This document shows positions 62,151-64,000 of a stretch of DNA of 64,000 nt, piece after piece. The DNA comes from Takakia lepidozioides (Eukaryota > Plantae > Bryophyta). Under the pieces are notes generated by a model. That model worked only from the letters and a program-made list of their open reading frames with translations, did not search any database and was not told where the DNA came from. Location of the stretch: assembly GCA_030704615.1 (NCBI GenBank), contig CM060731.1, positions 4,526,001 to 4,590,000 of the forward strand. The letters are read 5' to 3'. Each line of letters begins with the position of its first letter. Within the stretch, counting starts at the first letter, position 1. A program made the position numbers and the translations under genes.

Positions 62151-64000
62151 ATGGCTTCCTCTGAAGCGGAGTTCTTCTCAGACGACAAACCAGTGCCGTT
62201 CTCCCAGGAAGTCCTTGACAATGGATTTGCAATTGTTCTGGAACATGTCTTGGCTACCCGTTTTCAGCTGCAGAATGGCTCCATCTTTTTGGAGAAAGAG
62301 GTTTACGATATGAAAGGGAAGTTGGTGAAATATTCTTTCCAAAACCGTGATGAGACGGCTCATATCAGCCAGTGGAGAGTGCGTCCTGGTCGATACAGAG
62401 TACTTGGAGAGCCTCGTAGAAAGTCCCTTGGGTCATATGTGACGCCCGGGACTGCTGCTTCGGTCGTTGAAGACAAGAGGGAGGTGGTGGTGAAAAAAGA
62501 ACAGACTTCCTCCACTCCAATCGTTGAGCTTTCGGATTCTTCCGATGATGACATAAGTGAAATTCCAAATCCAGTCCTTCCTACTGTGGTTGCAGAAGCT
62601 GATGAAGAAGAGATTTGTAGTGTCATTCCAAAATTGCGGGCGATGGGAGGAATGGCTGGATTCAAAAGCGAGTTGCGGGGAATTGATTGGGAATCTTTGA
62701 AGCAGGTGCCTGTGAAGTTCTTGCCGGAGACTTTTGATGGCGATATCCTATTCGAGCTGCCTCCTCCTCCGCGAGTTGGAGGTGTAACAATCATGATGCA
62801 TGGAATGGACAAGAAACACGACGGGCACCCGTGGTGCAGAACAAAAACATCCAATATTCAGAATGATGACAAGCTTGTTTTCAGGAGGACAGTTTGCAAT
62901 GGACACCTTAGGTGTGATAATTTGAATTGCAGACACTTTCTTCAGTCTGGAGTTCATAATCAAAGCGAATGGGAGGGTCTGGCGGAGAATCCATTTCAGC
63001 CTGGGACTGCACCTCCACCGGCAAACACTTTCGTCTGCAAATTCTGCAAACTTGTGCCATCCTGCTGGCGCTCTGCGGAGCAAGAATGTACTATGTTGTC
63101 CACCGTTTGAATACAATGACGAGAGCTTGTGTGCATTTTGGATTCCATAACCATCATGTCTCGAAGGGGGATTACAGGGAGAGTGTTGAGACAGTATCGA
63201 GGTTGATCAAACAGGAGTTCGGGAGAAACCCATCCGCAACAACATCTGCAATTGCTCTTGGCGCAAGCAAGTCCTTCTTGGAAAGCCATATTTTGAGTGA
63301 AGGAGATTCTGTGGGGACTAAACTTGACGGTGCAGCATTGGACCTGGTCATGGATCATTTCTCCACTTTAAGTTCACCTAACATTCGGCATCAGATCAAT
63401 GCATTGAGAATGGGCTCTGGGATCAGAGGCTACATAGACAATATTTTGGAATTGAAACGACTGAGCAAGTACGATTACATCCAGGACAATGTATTCCCAG
63501 GTCAAGGTGCCATCAAAGTTTTTCTTTTCAAAATGTCGACTGTTGGGGAGGGCAGTGGGGTTAGCCTCGTGAAGCGGATGCAGAAGACTGGGGACTTGCA
63601 GAACTGTTTTCTTATGTTTGATCATGTGAAACGAGTGAAGGATTGGACGACAATGGCTTGTCATGTCTACGATCCAGTGTACCAACGAGTTATGACAATT
63701 GCAGTTTGTGACATGCAATCCGAGGATACGGAATCCCAGAAGCTCATGTGGAATTCCCTGATACGTGTCATGGGCTGCCATGGGCTGCCATCTCCAAATT
63801 TCGCAGGTTTCATGGCGGATAGTGCTCAAGCAAATTTCAATGCTATTCGTATTGTCTTCGGATCGGGCGACCCAAAAGTGCCTATGCCAGGAAGAGAGCG
63901 TACATGTCTATTCCATTGGACACAATCTCTGGAAAAACATACAAAGTCGGACATCAAACCAGAGATGCAGACTCAGCACCGTAAATTGTGCAAAGAGTAC
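62151..64000 (+). CDS. MULE-type transposase with GCM/WRKY-like zinc DNA-binding domain; one frameshift; runs off the window
   Basis: DGHPWCRTK..CNGHLRCDNLNC..CKFC..C/ALCGARMYYV..RACVHFGFHNH (one C apparently missing at about 63066), then an open frame to 64000 with MFDHVKRV, MACHVYD, DMQSED, GFMADSAQAN, CLFHW (D..D..CxxH layout of Mutator transposases). Confidence 0.82.

Overview
Nuclear DNA of a land plant, most likely a non-seed plant such as a bryophyte (inferred from protein style, not proven). Host genes are a frameshifted WAT1/UMAMIT (EamA) transporter, an intact intronless PLS-class PPR-DYW RNA-editing factor and a 3-exon TIR1/AFB auxin receptor. The rest is a nest of transposons: two CRE-clade (RLE) non-LTR retrotransposons, a decayed L1 LINE, three small non-autonomous DNA elements, a 6.2-kb TIR-bounded MULE carrying a ULP1-like protease, and two sibling Pack-CACTA elements full of shuffled PPR fragments. 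The best candidate for an undescribed system is at about 55.2-64 kb. A MULE-type transposase lies head-to-head with an apparently intact 10-exon gene (about 1,094 aa by my manual splice model). That gene fuses a ParB/Srx-like domain to a beta-class N6A/N4C DNA-methyltransferase fold, and its introns hold an array of 11 copies of a 22-bp palindrome (TGAATGTCGT-CA-ACGACATTCA) reminiscent of parS-type binding sites. All gene models and family calls are by eye; no database searches were run.
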